The notes under the pieces: model-generated | Databases searched by the model: none | What the model was told of the DNA's origin: nothing | What the model saw: only the letters and a program-made list of their open reading frames with translations | Shown here: positions 25,030 to 39,836 of the stretch, one piece after another | How the letters are laid out: the number at the start of each line of letters is the position of its first letter | Numbering within the stretch: position 1 is the stretch's first letter | NCBI GenBank assembly: GCA_963575745.1 | Contig: CAUYUJ010000033.1 | Span: 1-64,000, forward strand | DNA: 64,000 nucleotides | Direction of reading: 5' to 3' | DNA from: Prorocentrum cordatum | Lineage: Eukaryota | Made by a program: the position numbers and the translations under genes

Positions 25030-25459
25030 TCACTCATCACCAGCATTACATCATCATCATCATCTCGCAGCATCAATCATCAATCATCATCATCATCATC
25101 ATCATCATCAGCATCATCATCATCATCAGCATCATCAGCATCTCAGCATCATCATCAGCAATATCATCATCATCACATCTTCATCCTCCGCCTCCTCATC
25201 CCCTCCGCCTTCATCCTCCCTCCTCTCGTCCTCTTGCTTCCTCCGCTCTCCCGTCCTCCGTATGCAATCCCTCCCTGCCTCATCCCGCTTCCCTTCTCTC
25301 CTTCTCTTCTCCGTCTGATCTCCGCTCCTCTTTCCTACTCCCCTTCTTCTCCTCCTCTCTCCTCCTCCTCCTCCTCCTTCCCTTTCCTTCTTCGTCCTCC
25401 TCCTCCTCCTCCTCCCTCCTTGCTCCCCCTCCGCTTCCCCCCCTAATCATCCTGATCAC

Positions 25460-25512
<53 letters not shown>

Positions 25513-25513
25513 A

Positions 25514-25554
<41 letters not shown>

Positions 25555-25801
25555 GCATCATCATCATCATCAGCAGCAGCAGCATCATCATTGACATCAT
25601 CATCACCAGCATCAGCATCAGGATCGGCATCATCATCATCATCCTCATCATCAGCATCATCATCACCATCATCAGCATCATCATCAGCAGCATCATCATC
25701 AGCAGCATCATCAGCATCATCATCATCATCATCATCATCATCATTATCATCATCATTATCGTCATCATCCTCATCATCATCATCATCATCATCATCTTCA
25801 T

Positions 25802-25832
<31 letters not shown>

Positions 25833-26030
25833 AGCAGCGGTATCATCAGCATCGCCAGGATCACCATCACCATCATCAGCATCATCAGCATCATCGGCAC
25901 CATCATAATCAGCAGCATCATCATCAGCAGCCTCAGCCTCAGCATCATCCTCATCATCGTCGCCATCAGCATCAGCATCAGCACCATCATCATCAGCATC
26001 ATCATAATCAGCAGCATCATCATTATCATG
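25030..26030. repeat. (CAT/CAG)n microsatellite
   Basis: Direct observation; source of the poly-I/M/D ORFs. Confidence 0.95.
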
Positions 26031-27159
26031 CTTTTCCTCCCTCCTCCTCCTCCTCCTCCTCCTCCTCCTGCTCGCTCCTCCTCTTCCTTCTCCTTCTCCC
26101 TCCTCCCTCCTCCCTCCTCCCAACTCCCTCCTTCCTCCTCCTCCTCCTCCTCCCTCCCTCCCTCCTCTCCTACTCTCCTCCTCCTCCTCCTCCTCCAAAT
26201 CCTCCAATCCTCCCCCATCCTATCACTTCTCCATCCTCCTTACTTGCGCTCTCTCCTCATTCATCCCCCTCAGCCCCGTCCTCCTCCTCCTCCTCCTCCT
26301 CCCTACCTTCTCCTCCCCCTCCTCCTCCCCTCCTCCGCCTGCCCCTCCTTCCTCTTTCCCCTTCTCCTCCTCCCTCTCCTCCGCCTCCTCCTTCCTCCTC
26401 TCCTCCTGCTCCTCCTCCTCCTCCTCCTCCGCCTCCGTCCTCCGCCTCCTCCTCCTCCTCCTCCTCTTTCTCCTCCTCCTTCTCCTTCTCCTTCTCCTTC
26501 TCCTCCACCTACTCCCTCTCCACTCCCAGACGTGCTCGCGTCGTGAGAACATCAGGACGGGCGATTGCTGGGCCCTCCCTGCGGTGCTCTGCAGCTGAGA
26601 CGCTGAGGTGAGGACCGCTGGGGGTTCGCAGGGGCTCGATGCTCCTGAGGTCATTATCGTGGCTGCCCCTCTGGCTCTCCTCGTACACCCAGGCCCTCCT
26701 GGTGCCGAAAGGGGGCCTCGTTACTCATCATCCAGCGCTCCTTGTTTCGGCCGCCCGGCTGCGGATCGCCCTCCGCGTCTCCCCCCTCCCCTCCCCAGGC
26801 GAGCTCGCGGCGTGAGCACCTCGGGGCGGGCGGCGTTTGGTCGTTTGCAGCCTCTGGGTGCTCTCACCAGGCCAGGGGGGCCGTCAGAGACGACCCACGG
26901 CTAAAATCCTGCCCTCTCTCTCTTTTCTCCTCCTACCCTATCCTGCCTTCTCCTCGCCTCCCCCTCCCCTCCCCTCCTCCCTCCCCTCCTCCTCGCCCTG
27001 GTGGAAAGAAACCCGTCCCCTCCTCCCCCCTCTTCCGCTCCCCTCCCGTCCCTCCACAGTTGCCCAACACGAACACGGCTTCCCTCTCTTTCCCCCAGAA
27101 GGTGACCGGGGATTTGCCCGCCCGCATATCCGCGTCCAGCTCTCTCTCACACCGTGCGC

Positions 27160-27191
<32 letters not shown>

Positions 27192-27194
<3 letters not shown>

Positions 27195-27669
27195 AGACCG
27201 CATTGGCGCTGCGCGCCATGCACCTTGGTCCTTTGGCATTCGCACGCTAGCGGAGTGCGAGCGTGCGTACATGCGCACACACATGCGTCTACGAATGCAT
27301 AGTACATATGTACATATATGTATACGTTTGTATGGATATGTAAATGTATATGCAAATGGTCAGTGTAGCTATGTGTGCGCATACACATGCGTATATCAGG
27401 CGGTAGTGGCCTGACCAGGTGCTCATATCATCGCGCCACTATAAGGCGCGAGGGTCTCAGGCAAACGTGGTCAGACTACCGTGGGACAGTGCGTCGCCGA
27501 GGTCAGTGTTGCCAGGACGTCCCGGGTGAAAATGGCCTGAACACCTCCGCTCAGAGGAGGGCATATCCGAAGTCAGCCGGGCGAGGAAGTTTCAAGCGAG
27601 GAGTGGTCTGAACACCTCTGCTCAGGGCATCCCTGAACTTAGACTTGCGTGAAGTCGCACGCGAAAGTG
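27192..27669 (+). repeat. ~480-bp direct repeat, copy 1 (copy 2 at 28735-29211)
   Basis: ACAAGAC.GCATTGGCGCTGCGCGCCATG...GCACGCGAAAGTG present twice with few substitutions. Confidence 0.9.
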
Positions 27670-27899
27670 CTCCTCGTTCTATTTGTCCTCGTATTCTCCT
27701 GTGCCCGTTTCTTTCCCACCCTTCCTCCTGCTTCTCCTCCTGTTTCTCCTCCTCAGTCCTGTGCCGATTGAGCTGAACCGGAAGAGCTTGAGAGGATGAG
27801 GAGAAGGAGGAGGGGGGGAAGGAGGAGGAGGAGGAGGAGGAGGAGGAGGAGGAGGAGGAGGAGGAGGAAGACGAGGAAGAGGATGGGGACGAGGACAAC

Positions 27900-28735
27900 G
27901 ACGACGACGAAGAAGGCGACGACGAAGAGAAGGGATAATGAGAGGAGGAGACCGCCGTGTTGGGAACTCGTGGTGCGCCTCTCGGGGGCCTCTGGGAGGC
28001 AGTTTTGAAGCCTCTTGTGGGCTGTTTGTGGGCCTCTTGGGATCTTTTTGGGGCCTCTTGGGGACCTCTTGGGGGCTCCTTGGGGCCTTTGGGGAGCCTC
28101 TTGGGGCCTCATGGGGCCCTCTTGGGGCCTCTCGGGGCCCTCTCGCGGCGGAAAACTCAGTTTTGAATTTTTGGGCGCCCTCTTGGGCCTCTCTTGGGGC
28201 CGTCTTGGTGCTCTCTTGGGCCGCCTTGGGCGCCTCTTTGGCGGTCTTGGAGCCCTCCTGGACCGTGTTGGGGCCTTCTTGGGGGCCTCTTGGGCAGTAC
28301 TGGGGCGATCTAGGGAGCCTCTTGGGCCGTGTTGGAGCGTGGGGAAGCGGAAAAAGCGAGAAGGCCAAAAACATAGAAAAACACATAGGAAAATCAACCA
28401 TTTCAGCCTTTCGGGGCTCTCTTGGGAGGCCTCTTGGGGGTCTCTTGGGGCGTCTTGGAGGCCTGTTGGGCAGTCTTGGGCCCATATTGGGCGTCTTGGG
28501 CCGATATTTGGGTGTCTCGGGGCCCTCTTTGGCCGTCGTGGGGGCTTTTTTTTTCGCGTCGGACTCGCAGGACAGACCTGCCTGGGGGGTCCAGGAGGAC
28601 CGGAGATCCACGGAAGCACTCTGCAGGAGCGCCCCAGAGGCTCGGGGAGGCCGAAATTCGTTGGGGGGGGGGGGGGGGCACCGTGTGCCGCTTTTGTGGG
28701 GTCCCCGGCCCTGTAAAGATATATACATAGGAATA
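27900..28735 (+). repeat. Dispersed CTCTTGGG-rich repeat element (second copy 49080-49880)
   Basis: Colinear homology from GGGA.AATGAGAGG.GGAGACCGC to CCCCGGCCCTGTAAA.ATATAT in both copies. Confidence 0.85.
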
Positions 28736-29211
28736 CAAGACTGCATTGGCGCTGCGCGCCATGCACCTTGGTCCTTTGGCATCCGCACGCTAGCGGAGTG
28801 CGAGCGTGCGTACATGCGCACACACATGCGTCTATGAATGCATAGTACATATGTAAATATATGTATACGTTTGTATGGATATGTACATGTATATGCAAAT
28901 GGTCAGTGTAACTATGTGTGCGCATACACATGCGTATATCAGGCGGTAGTGGCCTGACCAGGTGCTCATATCATCGCGCCACTATAAGGCGCGAGGGTCT
29001 CAGGCAAACGTGGCCAGACTACCGTGGGACAGTGCGTCGCCGAGGTCAGTGTTGCCAGGACGTCCCGGGTGAAAATGGCCTGAACACCTCCGCTCAGGGG
29101 AGGGCATATCCGAAGTCAGCCGTGCGAGGCAGTTTCAAGCGAGGAGTGGTCTGAACACCTCTGCTCAGGGCATCCTTGAACTTAGAGTTGCGAGAAGTCG
29201 CACGCGAAAGT
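28735..29211 (+). repeat. ~480-bp direct repeat, copy 2
   Basis: Matches 27192-27669. Confidence 0.9.
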
Positions 29212-29740
29212 GGCAGAACCACCATGGTGCAAGGCACCTCCGAAGTGAGACTTGCGAGAGTGTCTCAGGCGACAGTGGCTGGAACACCTCAACTGAGAGT
29301 GTCTCGGGCCCCAGAGCTGCGATGATGTCTCAAGCGAAAACGGCGGGACCGATGCGAAGCAAGGCGCTTTTGAGGTCGGAGTTGCGAGCATATCTCTGGC
29401 GAAGCGGATTAGACTACTTCCGTTATCTCCTTTTCTTCCTTCCCCTTTTCCTTTCGTCTTCCTCCTCCTCCCCCTCCTCCTCCGCCTCCTGTTCCTCCTC
29501 CTCTTCCTCTCCTCCCTTTCCGTTTCTTTTATGGCGCTCTGGGCAGCATTTGAGCGCGGGGAGAAGTCGCGCGAGCGTCGTGGCCCCTATTGGCTATCTA
29601 CTTGCTTGTCTCTAATGCTGCGGGACGGCTATTCACGGCTGAGGCGGATCCCCACCCTGCGCGCCCGCGAGCGCGTTCTCGTCGCAGGTGAATGGGATTT
29701 GTCTCACGCGTGGTCGTCCCGCTGGCGGGATGCGTTTTTC

Positions 29741-30640
29741 GCGCGCGTTCGCTTGGCCGCTCCGCCGCCTCTTTCTCCCGTCGCAGGTTCCCCCCCCCCC
29801 CTCCCTCCTCCCGCGCGCGCGTCGCTTGACCGCTCCGCCGCCTCTCTCTCCCGTCGCAGGTTCCCCCCCCCCCCCTCCTCCCGCGCGCGCGTTCGCTTGG
29901 CCGCTCCGCCGCCTCTCTCTCCCGTCGCTGGTTCCCCCCCTCGCCCCTCCTCCCGCGCGCGCGTTCGCTTGGCCGCTCCGCCGCCTCTCTCTCCCGTTGC
30001 AGGTTCCTCCCCTCCCCTCCTCCCCCACAGGTCCGCGCGTCTACTTCGTGGAGAGCACCTACGTCCCTCGTCGGTTTTGCGGCTCGAAGGTCAGGACACA
30101 CATGAGTACGGGCCATCCTGGGCCGAATGCCGACCCAGTGCGCAGTATGCCTGCGGGTGCCGTATGCCGGCCACTTGTCCCCTGCGCTGTACTGCAAGTG
30201 CGCGCCGAATGCTGAACGCAGTATGCCTGCGGATGCCGTACGCCGGCAATCGTTCCTCTGTGCAGTATGCCTGCAGTGTGTGCCGTATGCTGGCCATTGT
30301 GCGCAGCATGCCTGCGAATGCCGAATGCCGGCCCTGTACGCAGTATGCCTGCGATTGCTGCCTGTCAGCCCCTCTCCGCAGTATGCCTGCGCGCGCGGCT
30401 GTATGCCTGCAAGTGGGCGCCGCATGCCGGCCATTAAGCGCAGTATGCCTGCGAGTGCCGTATGCCGGCCCCCCCCCCATAGCGCAGCATGCCTGCGTGC
30501 GTTGCAGTATGCCTGCAAGTGTGTGCCGTATGCCGGCCCTTGTCCGCAGTACGCCTGCGGCTGCCGTATGCCGGCCCAGTGCGCAGTATGCCTGCGGATG
30601 CTGCCTGTCAGCCCCGGTGCGCAGTATGCCTGCGGCGTGC
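29741..30640. repeat. Tandem repeats in the 5' region of the YR element (~65-bp x4; ~35-bp CAGTATGCCTGCG units x~14)
   Basis: CGCGCGCGTTCGCTTGGCCGCTCCGCCGCCTCTCTCTCCCGTCGCAGGTTCCCC units at 29741-30030; GCAGTATGCCTGC units at 30130-30640. Confidence 0.85.
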
Positions 30641-30758
30641 GTTTGCCTGCCCTCTTGCGCTGGGTGCCTGCGGGTCATGTCATGTGCAACCGCCAGCGCG
30701 CGATAAGGACGCCGAGGGGGATACGTGCACGGCGCTTTCCGACGCGCGCGCAGCATCC

Positions 30759-33700
30759 ATGGCGCTGGCTCGCTCAGACATCGTTGAGTTGCTTGGCGAT
30801 CTGCCTGCTGGCGCATTCGGCGCCGACAAAAATGCCATCGGGGCGCGCGCGCGCGTCTCCGTGCGTCTACCGCGGGCATGGGCCCACTCGCAGCGGCGCG
30901 CAAGGCCGATTGGGTCCTCTTCGTCGCAGCGGCCAACGCGGCGGAGGGGGACGCATCGCCAGCTCCCGAGCTTGGATTCCAACGTGGGTCTGTTAGTATA
31001 GAGAGGGTCATGACACAAACGTTGCAACACATATTCTGCGTATCTGCGCATCTGCGGTCTGGCAAATCGGGGCGGCATCATCGCGACGCCATGGGGCGTC
31101 GCGGACTCGAACCTTTGGCCTTGAAGCACGAAGCGCACGATTACCCAAATCATGAAGTTCTGCAACAAGTCACTGTGTTCTGGGGGCGCACGGACACGCA
31201 AAACACTGTTCAGCTAATCGTTAGCTGGCGCCCGCCTCGAACTCATGCCCCACCCCCCGCCTCTTCCAAATATCCTTTCGCTGTGGCCCCACCCTCCTCA
31301 TGCCCCTCCGAACGCCCCGGTCCTCATCGTGCCCTTCATCCACATTGCTCACCCCCCATGTGCCAATTCACGTCGTTCCTCGTCGTCTTCCTGCGCCGGA
31401 TTCGTTCCCCCATCGTCCACATGCCTGCCCTCCTCCCATCCTCTGCGCCCTAGTGCACATCATGCCCCCAACTTCTGCCTCCCCCACCTCCCTCGCCCTC
31501 GCGATGCTGACACCGATGATCCACATCCTCCTGGGCTCATTTCTTCCGCTCTCGTCCAGTCCCGTTCATCCTTGGCCCCTCGGCCACCCCTCCTATCGAA
31601 CCCCTTCCTTCCCACAGCCCACCATCTCCACCCCCCCCGCGCCTTTGCATGCCCAGACCGCGGCCCCCTCCTGGACCAGCCGGGAGACCCGCGGAAACTC
31701 CCGCCCAGAGACCACTCCAGCGAACGGAGCGCAACAAATGCACAGTTGGAGACACGAACTGTGTATTTCGACCGCGCACGACGCCCCCCTGGACCAGCCG
31801 GAAGAGAAACGCGAAAGTTCCCGCCCATTCAACACCACCCGCGAGGGACACACTCCAAATACACAGATGGGAACGAGATCTGTCTACACAGATCACACCA
31901 CGATCTGTGTAAACAGTCGGCCCACACACGAAAATACACAGTTGAAGACACAAACTGTGTACACAGATCACACCTTGATCTGTGTATTTCGAAAAGGTAA
32001 ACGCTCGCCACCTTGAGGGCGCCCCGACTTTGCCGGCCCAGAACCGAGGTTGACATGCCCAGCTGGGGGGGACTGCAAATACACACTTCCCCGGCCCAGG
32101 GCGCCCCGGAGAGAACCGCAAATACACGTTTCCCTGGCCCAGGGCGGCCGCGGTGTAACGCGGCGCCAAAGCGGCCCCCAACGGCCCGAAGACGCCCCAA
32201 AAGGCCTCGAAGGACCCCAAAGAATGCCGCGCGGCAGTCCGAAAACACGAGAGATGTCACATGTCATGGACCTCTTAACAGTCAAAGCTCCACGCGTCGC
32301 CATATAGACCACTGCTCTGGCAGGGGGGCGGACCTTGCCGCCGGCACCTATAATTTACATGTTAGCGATGCGACTGTGCTCGGCGGCCGTGCCGCCCGAA
32401 TTTTGGGTGCGCCCCGAACTCTCGCATTGGCAATCCCCTCTGTTTGGTTGCGCCGCTGTGCGCGGATACCGGAAAAGCATTTACCGCTGACGCGGGCACG
32501 CGGCACCAGGGACTTCACTTTTCGAACAAGGAGGGTGGACGAGGTAGGACGACGGACGGTGGAGCAAGGAGGCAAAGAGGAACGAGGAATAATAAGGGAG
32601 GTGGGAAGGGGCGCCCCCCCGCCCGAGCCGCGGACGCTTTCGACACCATCCAGGGGGGGGAAGAAAGGAAGGGGAACGGAGCAAGGGCGAGGACGACGAC
32701 GGGAAGCAAAGTGTCCCGGGTCCGCATATAGCCATATGTCTGCGATTCGGGTGCGCGCGCTTTCTTCGAGGCACTTCAAGCCCGACCCATGCTGAATTCA
32801 CTAATTCCTTAAAACTGTGTAAACACTGTGTCCTCTGTTCCCTCTCCTATACAACGGCCTCATAACAGAGGGGCAGTGGATTCCAATCCCGAGCTGGTGC
32901 TGTGCACCACGGTCGCGCGCCTGATGGCCGAAGCGATCGGGGCGGTCCGCCCGATTGATTACTCGGATGCGGCCATGCGCGATATGTTGACTGCGGCCCT
33001 GAAGCCAGGCGCGAAGCCGTTTGCGGGCGATTCTTCCGCGGAGTGGCGCGATTTCGCGATTAAGCCGTGCCACATCAATATGGCGCTGCGGACACAGTCG
33101 CGAGCGATGGAAGCCTTCGGGCGGAAGGCCCCCGCCCCGTTGGTGCGCGAGGACGCGGGCCGCCGCACGGCGCGCCGTCAGGAGGGTCAGCAATCGGCCC
33201 CGGCGGAGGCGGCCGCCAAGCCCGCGGAGGAGACGACGCGGATTGCGGCGGCAATGGAAGAAAACGTGAAGGCCAGCAAGGAATTGCTCGAAGAAAAGCG
33301 GGAGAAGCCGCTGGCGTTTGCCATGGAGGCGCGCCGCGTTTTCGCATGCGCGGGCGGCATTGGTCGGGGATACGCGCCTCGGCAGGACCGTGTGCGCGAG
33401 GTCTGGCTCGGCAAGTTCCCCCGTGAGGGATTGCCGACCGAGGAGTCGATGCGCAAATTCGCGGCCGCGGGCCGGACGGCCCAGTCCCATGGCCGCTCAT
33501 ACCTTGGGAGCGCCGAGGGCGAGAGCCTGCAGGCTCCCTGCTCGGCGGCACGCGCAATGACAAGCTTCCGTTTCGCCGATTGCTCCGCGCGCAGGACCAC
33601 TGCAAGCCCCAATGGGCGCGAATGCCGAAGCTGGACTCGGTACCAGCGGGGGCGGGCTCGTGGCGCGATCGCGCGTCGGCCGTCACCGCGGCGAACCGCG

Positions 33701-34473
33701 CGGGTGCGGCCCTGGACCGAATGGAATTTCTCGGTTATGCGCACTTCCAGGTCGCGCGCGACGCAGCGCAGCGCGCGCGCCCACGCGCGCCCCGTGGCGC
33801 GAGGCCCACGTAATGGAGTGGGGGCTTCGCTGCTTCCTGTCCAAAGTGTTTGATCCCGTCGTGCTATTGGGATACATGTACCAGCTCGCGCGCGTGAGCG
33901 AGGAGCACGGGGGCGTCAAGGCGCGTCCGCGGAGCGGCGGGCCCGATGCCCAGGGAGCCGCGCGCGGGAGCCCGCGCCGCGTCCAGGTTTCCTACACGTG
34001 CGATTTGCTTCTCCGCCAGAAAGTGGCGAAAGACTTGGAACACGGCGACGAGGATGCGACGGCCTCGTTCACTGCGTTGTCGTGGGACATTCTGCGCGCC
34101 GCCAAGGAGCGCAGCGCTTTGAGTGGCCGCCGCCCTGGCATCGTGCATCGCGCTGCGCGCTGTAGGAGAGAGTCCAGCAGTCGGACCGCCAGGCGGCGTT
34201 CGCCAAGGGCGGGGGCAAGAAAGGCGGCAACGACCGGCGCGACCAGGCGCGAGCCCGCGCGCGCGCGCCCCGCGAGCACGAGCACGCGTCGCGGCGCGCG
34301 AGGCGGCGAAGCCACGGACCCCGGTGAGCCCTGTCCTCCGCCAGCGCTCGCGCAGCCCCCGCCGCGATACCTTCAGCAAGAAGGGGGGCGGAAAGGCCGG
34401 CAAGGGAGGGGCTCCCAAGGACGCGGGGAGCTCGTGGCACAAGCCTGAGCGAAAGGAGTCCTGGCGGTGGTGA
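30759..34473 (+). pseudogene. YR element ORF1 (gag-like), 7 predicted introns, split by a DNA-transposon insertion
   Basis: PEL codons join across the 30972-32886 insert. Removing introns 33128-33181, 33329-33385, 33533-33594, 33751-33803, 33921-33986, 34107-34165, 34247-34302 gives one frame ending ...KESWRW* at 34473. One frameshift near 30850. Confidence 0.75.
30972..32886. mobile_element. 1.9-kb non-autonomous TIR DNA transposon with 8-bp TSD (hAT/P-like by TSD length)
   Basis: TSD TCCCGAGC at 30964-30971 and 32887-32894; ends TTGGATTCCA-N7-TCTGTTA and (revcomp) TTGGAATCCA-N7-TCTGTTA; no transposase recognised. Confidence 0.85.
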
Positions 34474-34495
34474 AGCCAGGGCGCCGGCGCTGTGC

Positions 34496-37488
34496 ATGCG
34501 AATTATTCGCCCGCCCGAGGCGCGCTCCGCGCGCGCGCGCGCGCCCCCCCGCGGGGGCGCCGCGCCAGCCAGTGATGCAGACGACGGGGCCTCCCCAGTG
34601 CACCCTGCCGACAGCGGCGAGGGCGCAGTGTGGCGCGGGCCGTCGCCCGAGGGGCAGGAGGCGCCGCCAGTGCGCCGCGCGCGAGACCGCCCCGCCCGCG
34701 GCGAGCGCAGCGCAGGACGCGGATGTTGCTTCCGACGACGGCGCCGAAGGCGGGGGCGGCGACCTTTGCCCCCAGCAAATCCACGATGCCGGCTGCGCAT
34801 TTGAAGAGGCCCTTGCCCGCCACTCTACGGGGGCTGAGCCGCGAAGCGCGCGCGCGCAGATCAAAGCCGCCGTGGATGCGTTGCTCGACGACGAAGACAA
34901 GAGGGCGGGCATGAGCCCTCTTTGCCACGCCGCCTGGGCGGCACACTTGCCGCGAGTCCGCGAGATAGCGCCGCTTGCGGGACCTGAGCGCGATGCGGCG
35001 GTGGCGGCGAGCCAGACGAGCGACGCACTCTTGCAAGAGAGGCGCGAGGCGGCGTTGCAATTTTGGCGAGAGCGCAAACGTGTGACGGCTTCAGAATGGA
35101 AGGCGCCGCCCGGCACGCCGCAACCGCGAAGCACCGGCGGAGAGCGCGGTCGGGCGAGGCACGCTATGCGAAGTTACCATGGCATGTGCGCTCCGTCCTT
35201 GGGCCTGACAAGAACTTGTTGCTTTTGGCCGAAATGATGCAAGCTGCTGGGGTGACCGGCGACGCAGCGCGCGCGCGCGACAGCGGGGCGCGGCTCCGTG
35301 CTTGAGGCGTCCGACGAGTATTTGACGCGTGACTTGGAGCGGGGCTTCCCGCTAGTGGGGGTCCTGCCGCGTTCGGGCATGAACGCGCCCGTGACCCCCA
35401 AGGGAGCCGAATGCCCATCCGAGTTGCGCAGCCGAGCGGACACTTTGAACGCCGCCACCCTCGAGCGCGTGTCTCGGGATCTGGGGACCGACGCGGAAGT
35501 CACCCAGATTTTGCATGATAAAGCAGACGAAGAGGCGCGCGCCGCGCAAGCCAGCGGGGACAGTCGCCCATGCTGCGACGTCCGCGAGCGTGCAGGTGGC
35601 CGCGGGCCAGGCAGCGTGGGTCCGGTTGTCCGACCTGCCACGCGGGGCGGTGTTAAACCCGCGATTCCCGGTAGACGAGGGATGGCGCTGGAAGTTGGAA
35701 GAATGGATACGCAAGGAATGGCGCATTCGCCGCGGCATGCACCGTCCCCTCCCCTGGGCGCCGCGCCGGGAGCCAACGCGTCCAGGCACGCGCGATCGAC
35801 GATTTCACTGCCACGGGCGTTAATGACTGCGCCGCCGCAGCCGAGAGGTGCAGGCGGGCCCTTTCCCCCCCCCCCCCGCCCCTCGCGCGCGCTGTCCGCT
35901 CTCCCGTGTCGCCGCGACCGCGCGTAGGGTGGATTTTCTCGATGCTCTGGTCGAGCTGGCGCGGATCGCGGCCGCGGCCGGCACGCCGGTGCTGAGCAAA
36001 GAAGATTTCATCGGTGCTTACAAAACGTTGCCCGTGCGAGGCGCCGACCTCCCGTTGGCCCATTCGGTATGGGCCAAGGGAGCCCGCGAGGGCTACTGTC
36101 TGCAACTCTTGAGCTGCCCCTTCTGCGCCGTGGGCAGCGGATGCGCTTGGGACCGCGTTGGGGCGGCGCTCCAGGCGCGAGGCGCGAGCGCCGCGGCGGC
36201 GCGGCGAGCGCCCCGCGAGCGCGGCAGGCCATCCTTGCCAAGCTGTTCACGCTCGCTTCGGGCCGATTCGTGGACGATCTGTTCCGGGCCGACGCGGACA
36301 GGGGGCCCGGCACGGGCGGCCCCCGCGATGCCGCAGAGGTCCTGAGGGCGGTCGTCGAAGACCTCTTGGGCTGGCGCCTGGACGCCGGCAAACGCGTTGT
36401 TGCCGAGCCGAGGGCCACTGTGCTCGGCGTCGACGCGGAAGTGCGCGGATCGGGCGATGAGCTCTCGTTAGTATTCGCGATCGGTGGCGACAAGCGCCAC
36501 AAATGGATCCAAGAGCTCGAGTGGGTGCTGGAGGCAGGGAGAATGTCGCCGGCGGCGGCATCAAAACTTGCCGGCAGACTCGGATGGGGCTCCTCTGCGG
36601 TGTTCGGCAGAGGCACGCCCAAGCTCCCGCGCGCGAGCGACGCGCGCGCGCGAGAGCGACGGCAGGTGCCCGGGTATACCTCGCCCCGCTGTTCAGGCAC
36701 GCGCAGCAGCGGGGATGGAGGTTGAAGTCGCGGCTCCGCGGGGCATTGGAATGGTGGCTGCGCTTCCTCCGGAGCGCGCCGGAACGAGCGGTGCCCCCGC
36801 GGGTGACCCCGGAGCGGCCACGCTACCTCGTCTATTCCGACGCGACGGGCGGCGGCAGGCGACATACGCGCGCGCCTGTTTGGAACGGCGCCCGCATTGC
36901 CCGGCCCGCCCCGCCTCCGCAGGCTCGCGTGGGTCATCATTGGGCCCAGCGGTAAGCGCTAAGCAGCGGCTGATGTGCCTTCGTCGATCAAGCGGTGGAC
37001 GAAGCACCGCAAGACGCAGGCGGGGGCGCCCCGGCCACGCGTAGCCTGGCGGACAGCCCGCCGTGTTGCGAAAGGTCGCGGCATGGGAACTCGTCGCGGC
37101 CGTTTGCGCCTTGCATCATTTGCTCGCGACGCTGCGCAATGCGGAAATCGTGTTGTTTGTCGATTCGAAGGCGCGGCCGGGCGCGGGTCGCCGAGCTGCC
37201 CGTGCGATGCTCCGCTGACCGCGCCAGGCCGCGCTCGGGGTGCTCCTACGCGGGACCTCGCGCCAGGCAGATTATAACGCGCTCGTGGAAGATATTTGGT
37301 TCGCAGCAGCGACCGCGCGGTGCCTCCTGAGCGCGTGGTATGTGCCATCCGCGCTCAACGTGGCAGACGCCCCTACGCGGCCCGCCACGAAGGCGGCCGC
37401 GATTGCGGCCATGCACCGCGAGGGCTTCACCCGAGTGGCGTGGCCATGGCCCCGCGCGGCGCCCTGGCATTCGCGCGGGCATGCATAG
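34496..37488 (+). pseudogene. YR element ORF2: reverse transcriptase + RNase H, 11 predicted introns, one premature stop
   Basis: Spliced product contains GFPLVG, KARAIDDF, KEDFIGAYKTLP, CPFCAVGS, RFVDDLF, VLGV, YSDATG, WELVAA, FVDSKAALG, VPSALNVADAPTR. TAA at 36960-36962. Start position uncertain. Confidence 0.88.
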
Positions 37489-37581
37489 CAAGTAGCACAG
37501 GGCAATTTGTAGGGGGCGCAACGGCTTGCGCGGCGAGCGCGTGACGACCAGGCCCGCCGCGAGAGGGGGCCCGCGGGCGCC

Positions 37582-39836
<2,255 letters not shown>

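Noticed and set aside
30091..30996. Cys-rich ORFs resembling metallothionein/keratin-associated proteins
   Set aside because: By-product of the ~35-bp CAGTATGCCTGCG tandem repeat, open on both strands.
34520..34570. Possible additional intron at the start of YR ORF2
   Set aside because: A GAG|GC donor is present but there is no convincing AG|G acceptor; not counted.
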